From Candidatus Aenigmatarchaeota archaeon (GTDB taxonomy: Archaea > Aenigmatarchaeota > Aenigmatarchaeia > QMZP01 > QMZT01), in the NCBI GenBank assembly GCA_041489155.1, contig JBGPQP010000009.1:1-51705 (forward strand): DNA of 51,705 nucleotides, read 5' to 3'. Position numbers and translations under genes: made by a program. Positions 37,190-45,687 of this stretch are shown here, in pieces (within the stretch, counting starts at the first letter, position 1; each line of letters begins with the position of its first letter). Under the pieces are notes generated by a model. The model was not told the DNA's origin and made no database searches. It saw only the letters and a list, made by a program, of their open reading frames with translations.

Positions 37190-38464
37190 ATGATAGTAAT
37201 CGAGCAGGATTTCGAGGCAGAGATGACTGACCTTGTAATTGAGAAACCGTCATTTTACAACGTAATATGGACGGTAAGCTACGGGGGCAGCATCTCCAAC
37301 TCCGCCGTCATAAAAGACGATACCATGTATTTCGGTGCATGCGACGAGTATGTCTACGCCGTTGACCTAAAAACCGCAAAGGAGAAATGGAGGTTCAAGG
37401 CCTCTGGAATTTTCGTTGAAGCGCGGCCTCTGCTCGAAGGCAATTACTATTATCATGGCTGTTACGACGGCTACATGTACAAGCTTGACGTCAGAACCGG
37501 CAAGCCTGCCTGGGGGTTCAAGACGGGCGACAGGATAACATCAAAGCCTTTCTTGTATAAGGAGGTTCTTTACTTCTCTTCTTTCGACAGCAACATATAC
37601 GCGGTTGACGATAAAACGGGAAAGGAACTCTGGCGTTTCAAAACAGGCGACTGGGCAGGATGCGGCCCCCTCGTGCTGGATGGCATAGTTTATGTTGGCT
37701 CAGGCGACGGAAATCTTTATGCATTAAAAGCAGACACGGGGAAAGAAGTCTGGAGATTCAGGACAGGGGGAGCGATTCTGCACTACAGGCCCATTCCTTA
37801 TCATAAAAACATCCTGGTATTTCCTTCATCCGACCGGAATCTGTATGCCATAGACATTAAAACGAGGGAAGAACTCTGGAGGTTCAGGACGGGTGACAGA
37901 ACCGAAGTAACGCCGCTGATACACGACGGGATTGTTTACTTCGGGGCGCATGATAATTTTTTCTATGCACTGGAGCTTGAAACAGGTAGGGAGAAATGGA
38001 GGTTCAGGGCTGATAACTGGGTAGGCGACATCAACCCGCTGATCATCGACGACCTGGTTTATTTTGGCTCCCCGGACGGCAACATGCGCGCTGTTTCCAT
38101 AAATGACGGCAAGCTTGCGTGGAGGTTCAAAACCGGCGGCGAGATATGGGGAGATGCCGTGCATTGGAATGGTCTTATAATTTTCGGTTCTTTTGACTGT
38201 CACATGTACGCACTGGATGCAAAAAACGGGAAGGAAGCGTGGAGATTCCAGACGTCCAGCAAGATACAATCTTCAGTGAACATAACAGAACAGTTGATAG
38301 TTAAGCCGGAATTTATGGTAACTGAAGATAGCGATGACGAGAAAGATGATAAATATGAATTTGCGCCCCTTCTAAACCTCTCCGAATCGGTGTACATGCC
38401 AGTCATCGAATACGTGGCCAAAGACGTCTACGGCGCAGGAAAGAAAAGGTACAGCGAATTTTGA
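37190..38464 (+). CDS. PQQ-like beta-propeller repeat protein (divergent fifth paralog)
   Basis: GGSISNS start of the propeller, WRF(K/R)TG blades, acidic linker, tail VYMPVIEYVAKDVYGAGKKRY; start ATG 37190. Confidence 0.88.
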   Translation: MIVIEQDFEAEMTDLVIEKPSFYNVIWTVSYGGSISNSAVIKDDTMYFGACDEYVYAVDLKTAKEKWRFKASGIFVEARPLLEGNYYYHGCYDGYMYKLDVRTGKPAWGFKTGDRITSKPFLYKEVLYFSSFDSNIYAVDDKTGKELWRFKTGDWAGCGPLVLDGIVYVGSGDGNLYALKADTGKEVWRFRTGGAILHYRPIPYHKNILVFPSSDRNLYAIDIKTREELWRFRTGDRTEVTPLIHDGIVYFGAHDNFFYALELETGREKWRFRADNWVGDINPLIIDDLVYFGSPDGNMRAVSINDGKLAWRFKTGGEIWGDAVHWNGLIIFGSFDCHMYALDAKNGKEAWRFQTSSKIQSSVNITEQLIVKPEFMVTEDSDDEKDDKYEFAPLLNLSESVYMPVIEYVAKDVYGAGKKRYSEF

Positions 38465-39439
38465 TTATGAACCCCCAAGCCTTGCTATCCTGCCGCAGAG
38501 GAAGTCGAAATTGGCGCAGTAAATGTCGTTCATGTCGGCGAAGAGGTTGCCCTGAGAATCGATAATGGCATGACTTTCGAAGTGTCCTTTTTTCCCCCGC
38601 ATGGCATAAGGATTATATTGTATGGTCCCCGGAATATGATTCTGGCCAAAGTTTATCTGGTAACCAACGCCTACAATGCAATCAGGAAAACTTTTCTCGA
38701 GCTTCTCAAGTTTTTCCTTGCCGACATGAAAAAGGTAAACCTGCACGCCTGCCCTCTTTACGTCCCTGTCTCCCGCAAGCCTGCCGAGATTGCCTGTCAT
38801 TTGCCTGAAATCCAGACCATGCTGCCTGTAGGAGTCCTCGTGAAAGCCGTCATAGGAAACCTGGAATGTTATGTTTGGGTGCTCCAGAAGGTATTCTTTC
38901 AGTTTGACTTCTTCCTGAGGCATCCTGGAGGCATTGGTGAAAAGTATAATCCTGCCTCCCGCATCAACCTGGGTAATTTTTCCGTGCTTAATACCGTAGT
39001 CATAAGGCCTGGTCCACCATAAATGCTGCTCTTCTGCCTGAACTCCTTCCCTGTCGGCTTTCCCGGAGAAAAAATCCCTGGACATTTGCAAAATCTTCTC
39101 GTATTGCGGATGCAACGTGGGTTCGCCGCCTCCGCAGCCGAAGGCTATCTGCTCGACGTTTGGAAAAAGCTCCAAAGAGGCGCCAACCAGGTCAGGTTCG
39201 GTAAAACGCACGGGATTGCCCAAATCAACACCCAGCTGTGCAGACCTTTCCCCGTATTTACCAACTATCTTATCGCGCTCATTGACCGGACAATGCCCGC
39301 ATGAAAAATTGCAGGCCAGCCCAAGCGAGATGTGGGTGTTCTGAACATCCTGAGGATGTCCCGTGAACTTCAGGCCTATCGGCGTAAAATCAAGCCGGTA
39401 TTTGCCATCGTGCGTGGTGGCTACTTTTCTAAAATCCAT
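38465..39439 (-). CDS. Radical SAM protein
   Basis: CNFSCGHC, GGGEPTLHP, FTNA, VSYDGFH. Confidence 0.85.
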   Translation of the reverse strand: MDFRKVATTHDGKYRLDFTPIGLKFTGHPQDVQNTHISLGLACNFSCGHCPVNERDKIVGKYGERSAQLGVDLGNPVRFTEPDLVGASLELFPNVEQIAFGCGGGEPTLHPQYEKILQMSRDFFSGKADREGVQAEEQHLWWTRPYDYGIKHGKITQVDAGGRIILFTNASRMPQEEVKLKEYLLEHPNITFQVSYDGFHEDSYRQHGLDFRQMTGNLGRLAGDRDVKRAGVQVYLFHVGKEKLEKLEKSFPDCIVGVGYQINFGQNHIPGTIQYNPYAMRGKKGHFESHAIIDSQGNLFADMNDIYCANFDFLCGRIARLGGS

Positions 39440-39540
39440 TTTATCATTATTGGAGGTTAATTTTAAAATCGTTCAATTATCCAAGATTTGCCAAAACATC
39501 GGATCAAGAATTACTTAAATAACCTCTACAATTATTTCTC

Positions 39541-40473
39541 ATACTCGACATAACGTTCCTCGGGACGGGAAGCGGCCCTCCCACAAAGAGCAGGAACCAT
39601 TCAGCAATTTACCTCCACTACGACCAGCACAATATGCTCTTCGACTGCGGCGAGGGCACGCAGCGCCAGATGATAATAGCGAAAGGCATATCCTTCATGA
39701 AGCTCGACCACATATTCATAACCCACTGGCACGCGGACCACTGGGTCGGGCTGATAGGGTTGCTTTACACGATGAACCTCGAAGGCCGGACGCGCCCGCT
39801 GTATATCCACGGCCCGGACGCCGAGCGCTTCATCGGCGACATTCTTGACCTTGATTACTGGGGGAGCGGCTTCCGCGTGATCCCCAGGAACGTCCCTTTC
39901 GAGGGGAACCGCGAGGTGAAGATTTACGAAACCGACGAATTCGAGATAATTGCAGTCCCCACCAGGCATTCGGTCCCTTCGGTGGCGTATTGTTTCCGCG
40001 AGAGGGACAAAGTGAACGTCGACATCGCCAAGGCCGAGAAGCTTTTTGGTCTGAAACAGGGCAGGCTCGTCGGGAAGCTGAAGGAAAAGGGGGAAATAGA
40101 GGTCAAGGGGAAGAAGATAACGCTCGACGACGTCGGCATACGCAAGCCCGGGTTAAAGGTCATCTACTCGGGCGACACGGAGCCGTGCGAAAACATCCTC
40201 GCAATATCGAAAGGCGCCGACCTCCTGATTCACGACGCGACCTTCGTCGAGTCGAAGGAGGAGATGATGCACTCGGGTGCGAAGGAAGCGGCTGAAATCG
40301 CCAGGAAGGCGGGAGTGAAAAACCTGATTCTGACGCATTTCTCGAGGAGATACACCGATCTCAGGGAAATCGAAGCCGAAGCGAAGAAAATCTTCTCGAA
40401 TTCTTTCGTCGCGAGGGATTTCATGAACATCTCGCTGAAGAACAGCGACATAAAGTTCGGCAGGGCCGTCTGA
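39541..40473 (+). CDS. rnz: Ribonuclease Z (short form); apparent ATA start
   Basis: In-frame ILDITFLGTGSGPPTKSRNHS upstream of the tracked ORF; FDCGEGTQRQ, THWHADH, SGDT, HDATF, THFSRRY. Confidence 0.9.
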   Translation: MLDITFLGTGSGPPTKSRNHSAIYLHYDQHNMLFDCGEGTQRQMIIAKGISFMKLDHIFITHWHADHWVGLIGLLYTMNLEGRTRPLYIHGPDAERFIGDILDLDYWGSGFRVIPRNVPFEGNREVKIYETDEFEIIAVPTRHSVPSVAYCFRERDKVNVDIAKAEKLFGLKQGRLVGKLKEKGEIEVKGKKITLDDVGIRKPGLKVIYSGDTEPCENILAISKGADLLIHDATFVESKEEMMHSGAKEAAEIARKAGVKNLILTHFSRRYTDLREIEAEAKKIFSNSFVARDFMNISLKNSDIKFGRAV

Positions 40474-40477
40474 AAAC

Positions 40478-40882
40478 TTACCTGCGCTTCATTTTGTCCA
40501 TTATGGTGCTCAGGTCGATTTCGTATTTCCCGGGGCCCACGCGCACGATTATCGGCCTCTGGGTGAACAGGTTGGTCAGGTCGATCCTGTATTTCCCCGG
40601 CTTTATCACGCGTATCGCCTCTACGTCGAGGACGACCGTCTGGTCCTCTTCCACCTCGGTTTCCTCGCTCTCCGCGACTATGTAGCGTATGTCCTTCTCG
40701 ATTTCCTTTATGTCCTGCTTAGAAAGCCTGCCGATGTCCTCTTCCGCCTGCCTGAGCGCGTCGCCCTTTACGAAAAAGAAAAAGCGCGAGCCGCAGCTGT
40801 CGCAGCCCTTCTCCAGAAGGTAGGGAGCATCGTCAGGATGTATCTTGCCGCACTTGGTGCACCTGCTTGGCATAAGCATCAC
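40478..40882 (-). CDS. Zn-ribbon protein (DUF2072, OapC-like)
   Basis: MPSRCTKCG...GCDSCGSRFF...IRVIKPGKYRIDL. Confidence 0.8.
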   Translation of the reverse strand: MMLMPSRCTKCGKIHPDDAPYLLEKGCDSCGSRFFFFVKGDALRQAEEDIGRLSKQDIKEIEKDIRYIVAESEETEVEEDQTVVLDVEAIRVIKPGKYRIDLTNLFTQRPIIVRVGPGKYEIDLSTIMDKMKRR

Positions 40883-40913
40883 GATAAGATATGCATGGGA
40901 AATTTAATAAGAT

Positions 40914-41267
40914 TTAGAAATAGACAAGCAGCTCCTCCGGGTGCTTCTCGATTCTCCTCACAATTTTTGCCGGCCCGATTATGGTGATGCCCATGCGCTT
41001 GCCCAGGAGCCGTTCCGCGAACTTCTCCCTGAGCTTGTCGAACTTGTTCCCTTTCAGGTGAGAAATCGCGATTGAACCGAGCTCTATGCCCGAGAACCTG
41101 TCGTCTATCATCTTCATGGTTTCCTGTATGAGCTCCGCCTCCTCCTCCGGCGAGAGTTTCGCGTCGACTATTATAATCGAGCCGTGCATCAGGTCACTGA
41201 AAACTGTATCGACCTCGTTCTTCAGCTTCTGGTACTTGACAAGCTTGATTTTCAGCATATCGCTCAC
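40914..41267 (-). CDS. DUF2073 protein (OapB-like)
   Basis: LSPEEEAELIQETM...FSGIEL...GITIIGPA. Confidence 0.82.
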   Translation of the reverse strand: MSDMLKIKLVKYQKLKNEVDTVFSDLMHGSIIIVDAKLSPEEEAELIQETMKMIDDRFSGIELGSIAISHLKGNKFDKLREKFAERLLGKRMGITIIGPAKIVRRIEKHPEELLVYF

Positions 41268-41271
41268 GCCT

Positions 41272-41913
41272 CTAAAGCTTCCTGACGATCATCTTGTAAA
41301 GCTCGTTCATCAGCGCCCCTGTCTTCGCTGAAACGCCGATTACGTCATAACTCGGGAAGGAATTGCGTATCTTCGTCGTGCTGGATTTCCTCAGGTCGAT
41401 TTTGTTGGAGACAACTATGAAGGGGATCTTCCTCGCGTCGAGGTTGCCTAAAATCGTGATATTCACCTGGTCCATCGGGTTTTTCGTGGAATCCATGACC
41501 ACCAGGACGAGGTCCATGTCGTCGAGCCACTTTATCGCCTCTATTACGCCCTTCGTCGCTTCCTTGGCGCGCTGCTTCGCCTCCTCCTTCCCTAGGCCGT
41601 AGCGCATGAAATTCTCGAAGTCGATTTTTGTCGCTATGCCCGGCGTGTCGACAAGGGCGAAGGTCAGGGATTTCCCGTCGACCTGCATTTTGACCTTTTC
41701 CTTCACCTGGACCTCGCGCGTCTCGTGCGGCACGACAGAGACGCTGCCGAGCTCTTCGCCGAGGAAGTCGAGGCAAATCTTGTTGGCGAGCGTGGTCTTG
41801 CCTGAGTTGACCGGCCCGTAGAGGCCGATTTTCAAATCCTTTTTCTTGCCGAAAATTACCAGCACCATCGAAGCGAACCTGTTCTTAATTTTTCTTATCT
41901 GCTTCAGAACCAT
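41272..41913 (-). CDS. Era-like GTPase (OapA-like)
   Basis: GPVNSGKTTLAN, PHETR, DTPG, RAKEATKGVIEAIKWLD, NKID, SAK. Confidence 0.88.
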   Translation of the reverse strand: MVLKQIRKIKNRFASMVLVIFGKKKDLKIGLYGPVNSGKTTLANKICLDFLGEELGSVSVVPHETREVQVKEKVKMQVDGKSLTFALVDTPGIATKIDFENFMRYGLGKEEAKQRAKEATKGVIEAIKWLDDMDLVLVVMDSTKNPMDQVNITILGNLDARKIPFIVVSNKIDLRKSSTTKIRNSFPSYDVIGVSAKTGALMNELYKMIVRKL

Positions 41914-42079
41914 TTGCCAACCCCCGATTGTATTTTAATAGAATGGCATATTAAAAATAAAAACTTGCGGTAAAAGTGCGCCGGCCGCGTTCCCGGAGGG
42001 AGAAATATTTGTACCTGACACTAAGCCGCACGAACAGATGCCGGCTCAACGTTTATTACGCCCATAATCCAATTCTCGT

Positions 42080-42916
42080 TTGATGAAGCTTCTATTCATG
42101 CTGGCGCCCATGGAAGACATCACTGACAACGCCTTCAGGGAGCTGTGCTTCCGCCACGGCGCAGACCTTACTTTCACTGCGCTGACCAGACTTTCCGGCC
42201 TGGCGGCACGGGACGGGAACACTGAAAAGAAAATAGAATTGCTTAACGGCATCCCTACGCAGGTCCAGCTGGCGGCCCAGCGGGAAGGCGATTTGAAGTC
42301 GTTCCTTGGACGGTTTGAGCCCGCCAAGGGATTTTCCGGCATCAATTTCAATATCGGCTGCCCCAGCCCGCAGTACGTGAGACAGGGACTAGGATGCGCG
42401 ATGATGAAGCGGCTGTCGAAGCTGTACAGGCTGGTGAGGATTGTGAAAAACCACGGGTATCCGTGCTCGGTGAAGATGCGCCTCGGCATGAACCTTTTCG
42501 AGAAGCAGAGAAAACTATACCTCAACGTCATCAAAGGCGTCGATGCCGATTTTTTCATTGTCCACGCAAGGCACGGTGCCGAGCATTACGGCGCGCCGCC
42601 TGATTATTCGGTCTTTCCCGACTGCGTCGCGACGGGCAAGGACATCATAGCTAACGGCAACATCGACTCGGCCGAAAAGGTCGCGCTCATGAGGGACATG
42701 GGCGTCAAAGGCGTGATGATAGGACGGGCGGCTGTAAGGGACCCGGGCATATTCGGTCGTCTGAAAGGCTTTGAAGAGCCGGGAACCGTTGCATTGAGAA
42801 ACGAATACGCCCTGCTGGCGGACAAATACGGCGTAGTCAACAAATACAGGAGCAACGTCATGAAAAGGCTCGGACAGCAAAACGCCATGGAAGAAGAGAA
42901 TGCTGAAATGGGTTAA
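42080..42916 (+). CDS. tRNA-dihydrouridine synthase family protein
   Basis: LAPMEDIT, NFNIGCP, SVKMRLG, VHAR, IANGNI, GVMIGR. Confidence 0.88.
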   Translation: MMKLLFMLAPMEDITDNAFRELCFRHGADLTFTALTRLSGLAARDGNTEKKIELLNGIPTQVQLAAQREGDLKSFLGRFEPAKGFSGINFNIGCPSPQYVRQGLGCAMMKRLSKLYRLVRIVKNHGYPCSVKMRLGMNLFEKQRKLYLNVIKGVDADFFIVHARHGAEHYGAPPDYSVFPDCVATGKDIIANGNIDSAEKVALMRDMGVKGVMIGRAAVRDPGIFGRLKGFEEPGTVALRNEYALLADKYGVVNKYRSNVMKRLGQQNAMEEENAEMG

Positions 42917-42930
42917 ATTAAAACAAAACA

Positions 42931-43003
<73 letters not shown>

Positions 43004-43006
43004 ATT

Positions 43007-43504
43007 TCAGAAGTTAAATTCATCCTTTGGTTTTTTCGGGTGGGCCTTTTCTGCCTTGTGGCTTTCATGGTATTCTTCCGGTTCCCCTATGAACGAGCCT
43101 ATCCTTTCCGCCGTTTCGTCGAATACTTCCTTTGTCAGCTTCTTCGTGGGGAGTATCGTCTCAAGTCCTGGGGGGCTCTCGGAAAGGAATCTTGGTATGA
43201 CGTGGAAGTGGACGTGGGGTATTACCTGGCCCGCGGCGCGCTCGTTGCTCTGCGCTATCGAGATGCCGTCGGCGTTCATGCCTTTCTTTACTGCGACGGC
43301 GACTTTCTTTACGAGCCTGAAAAGCTGACCCGCGTCGTTCTCGGACAACTCGAATATGGTGTTGTAATGCTTTTTCGGGATGACCAAGACATGCCCCGGG
43401 TTCCTCGGATTGATGTCTAGGAAGGCCACGAAATCGTCGTCCTCGTAAATCTTCTGCGAGGGAATCTCCTCCATCGCTATCTTGCAAAACAGGCATTCTT
43501 CCAT
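43007..43504 (-). CDS. HIT-family hydrolase
   Basis: CLFCKI, FLDINP, GHVLVIPK, HVHFHVIPR. Confidence 0.93.
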   Translation of the reverse strand: MEECLFCKIAMEEIPSQKIYEDDDFVAFLDINPRNPGHVLVIPKKHYNTIFELSENDAGQLFRLVKKVAVAVKKGMNADGISIAQSNERAAGQVIPHVHFHVIPRFLSESPPGLETILPTKKLTKEVFDETAERIGSFIGEPEEYHESHKAEKAHPKKPKDEFNF

Positions 43505-43557
43505 ATTATATACCTCTCCCTTCCGATTTTAAATATTATTCGCTGCTGTTTTTCGCT

Positions 43558-43580
43558 AAAGCCTTTTCCTAAAAGGCTTT
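43558..43580. terminator. Perfect 10-bp inverted repeat immediately 3' of tRNA-Pro
   Basis: AAAGCCTTTT-CCT-AAAAGGCTTT. Confidence 0.45.
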
Positions 43581-43581
43581 A

Positions 43582-43656
43582 TGGGGTCACTGAGATTCGA
43601 ACTCAGGTCTGAAGCTCCCAAAGCTCCGATGCTAGGCCAGGCTACACCATGACCCC
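43582..43656 (-). tRNA. tRNA-Pro(UGG)
   Basis: GGGGTCATGGTGTAGCCTGGCCTAGCATCGGAGCTT-TGG-GAGCTTCAGACCTGAGTTCGAATCTCAGTGACCCCA. Confidence 0.93.
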
Positions 43657-43720
43657 GGTAGTTAAGATAAATAACAACAGTTTATTAATATAATTATTCT
43701 GTATATTCCATATAACTTGC

Positions 43721-43843
43721 GCCTCAGTAGCTCAGCTTGGTAGAGCGATCGCCTCGTATATCGAAACCTTCGGGTTCCGATACTTCCGGCAACCCAAAAC
43801 GAGGGAAAGCGATAGGTCCTGGGTTCAACTCCCAGCTGGGGCT
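43721..43843 (+). tRNA. tRNA-Thr(CGU) with a 49-nt anticodon-loop intron
   Basis: GCCTCAG/CTGGGGC acceptor; ATCGC-CT-CGT-A[intron]A-GCGAT; intron at about 43759-43807 with a UUCG hairpin and CGAGG complementary to the anticodon loop. Confidence 0.9.
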
Positions 43844-43913
43844 TCAGGATTTCTTGGTATCGGTTTTCACGAAAATCCGCAGGGAAATGTGCTAAGCCCT
43901 CGGGGATGAAAAA

Positions 43914-44315
43914 ATGACAAAAGGAAAATCGAAGAATGATCAGAGGTCACTGGCGCTCTGGGCTGCCGACTGCGCAGAGCACGTACTTCCTTATTTCGAG
44001 AAAGAATGCCCGGGAGATGACCGACCGCGGAAAGCAATAGAAGCAGGACGGGCTTGGGCACGCGGTGAGATAAAAGTGAGCGAGGCTCGCGCTGCAGCAC
44101 TTGCCGCCCACGCCGCCGCTCGTGATACCAATCATTCTGCAGCCCGCGCCGCCGCGCGTGCAGCCGGTCACGCCGCCGCAACAGCCCATGTCGCCGGTCA
44201 TGCCCCTCATGCCGCTCACTACGCTATCGCCGCAGCCGAAGCCGCAGACGTCGCCGGGGAACGCGAGTGGCAATACCGTCACCTTCCGGAATGCCTTCGG
44301 CAAATAATGAAATAA
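43914..44315 (+). CDS. Imm5-like putative immunity protein
   Basis: LALWAADCAEHVLPYFE...DDRPRKAIEAGRAWARGE...AARAAGHAAATAHV...HAAHYA...EREWQ. Confidence 0.7.
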   Translation: MTKGKSKNDQRSLALWAADCAEHVLPYFEKECPGDDRPRKAIEAGRAWARGEIKVSEARAAALAAHAAARDTNHSAARAAARAAGHAAATAHVAGHAPHAAHYAIAAAEAADVAGEREWQYRHLPECLRQIMK

Positions 44316-44406
44316 TAATGCGCCAATCCCCACGGAATAAGTGCTTGCCCTCCCGGGGCTTCAGATTTGGAACTTGTTTTTAAGCGGTTATAAACAACTA
44401 TATATC

Positions 44407-44595
44407 ATGGCATCAAAAGAAAGCGACCATCACTGCTGTTGCGGATCTCATGGAGCCTGGTTTGGAATCGCCCTCTTGATAATAGGCCTGCTGCTGCTAG
44501 CGAAAGACGTTGGTTTCATAGCAGGCATTGGCAGCTGGACGATAATTTTCATCATCCTGGGCGTATTCCTCGCAGCCAAGAAATGCTGCAAGTAA
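44407..44595 (+). CDS. Small 2-TM membrane protein
   Basis: MASKESDHHCCCGSH plus FGIALLIIGLLLLAKDVG...WTIIFIILG. Confidence 0.65.
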   Translation: MASKESDHHCCCGSHGAWFGIALLIIGLLLLAKDVGFIAGIGSWTIIFIILGVFLAAKKCCK

Positions 44596-44632
44596 AAAGA
44601 AGCGAAAGGAAGCCGCCGCAGAGGTTGGAAAG

Positions 44633-45148
44633 ATGAAGGGGGTAGGCGTGCTAGTTCTGGTGATACCTCTTGTTATACTTGGAGCCATAGGAACGCTGTA
44701 CGTCACAAACTTCCCCATAACCCAAGTGGCCGGCGAGACCATAGGCTTCGCGGACCTGATAAACTTCCTGCTTTTTCAGGGACCGCCGGGCGTGCCCGAA
44801 GCGGACGTGTCAGGAAGCCCGGAGGTTGCGGCATGGTTCGCCAGCGTGAACGGCAGCGACGCGGGCGAAACGCTTGGCATGCTGGAATCGCTCGGCAATC
44901 CCGTGAAAGTCTGCGTCTTCAAGGACTACAGCTACTGCCAGGTCTTCAGGATCGAGGGCGGCAAGATCTTCGCTGCGTCAGAAAGCCCTCAAAGGACGAT
45001 ATACGTCAGCTACGAGCTTGCGCTCGAGCTGAAAAGCAGGGCGGAAAACGCGAATTATGAAGGCCTTGACAAAAGGCTGGTGCAGGCAGTCAAGAACGGG
45101 GAACTAAAAGGCCTTACGCTGAACGACATCATGGGCATGAACAAGTAA
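44633..45148 (+). CDS. Hypothetical membrane-anchored protein
   Basis: N-terminal hydrophobic helix; host-like codon usage. Confidence 0.65.
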   Translation: MKGVGVLVLVIPLVILGAIGTLYVTNFPITQVAGETIGFADLINFLLFQGPPGVPEADVSGSPEVAAWFASVNGSDAGETLGMLESLGNPVKVCVFKDYSYCQVFRIEGGKIFAASESPQRTIYVSYELALELKSRAENANYEGLDKRLVQAVKNGELKGLTLNDIMGMNK

Positions 45149-45153
45149 ACGCA

Positions 45154-45309
45154 TTACATGCCCGGCTCGTCCCTGCTAGGCGCCTCGCCTCTTACAAAAC
45201 TTCTCAGGAATCCCGTTATCACGCATTCATGTTCGTGCCAGAAAGCGCATTTGCTTTCCTCACATTCCTTGACTTCCTTTTTTCCCAAAGACACAACCGG
45301 GCAAAGCAA
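45154..45309 (-). CDS. Small 4-Cys protein (51 aa)
   Basis: Manual translation MLCPVVSLGKKEVKECEESKCAFWHEHECVITGFLRSFVRGEAPSRDEPGM; TTG start with GGTGA SD-like sequence upstream. Confidence 0.55.
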   Translation of the reverse strand: MLCPVVSLGKKEVKECEESKCAFWHEHECVITGFLRSFVRGEAPSRDEPGM

Positions 45310-45376
45310 AAAATCACCTGTTTAATATTGCGGCCAATTCCTATTTAAAATCCTTGACTGGACGCTTTGAACGAAG

Positions 45377-45595
45377 TCAGAAGTACTGCATGACGAGCCA
45401 TATGTAGAATGGGATGATTATAAGGGTGAATACCAAGCCGAGGATTAGCATAATTCTTGCCATCTCCTTCTGTTTTTCCTTGTGCTTCTGCCAGGCATAC
45501 CAGCCGCCGATGGCTCCGAGGAAAACGGGAACGAACATCCACCATAGGGAAGCCTGGCTCGCTGCCTCTTCCTTCTCATCCTTTTTCTCAGCCAT
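45377..45595 (-). CDS. Small 2-TM membrane protein
   Basis: Two hydrophobic helices; TTAAT box upstream. Confidence 0.6.
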   Translation of the reverse strand: MAEKKDEKEEAASQASLWWMFVPVFLGAIGGWYAWQKHKEKQKEMARIMLILGLVFTLIIIPFYIWLVMQYF

Positions 45596-45687
45596 GTTAG
45601 AGAATTAGCAGCGGAAATTAATAAGTTTTGTTCTTCCCTGCCAAGCGGCCCGGTTAAATTTTTATATAATGGAACTAACAATTCCTC

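Noticed and set aside
41965..42050. RNase P RNA or self-cleaving ribozyme (ACAGATGCCGGCTCA resembles the RNase P 3' conserved region)
   Set aside because: No GAGGAAAGUCC-like region, too short, and the twister, HDV and hammerhead cores could not be built.
40478..42079. Replication origin next to oapABC
   Set aside because: No cdc6/orc1 in the window, no recognisable repeated ORB boxes, and the intergenic region is short.
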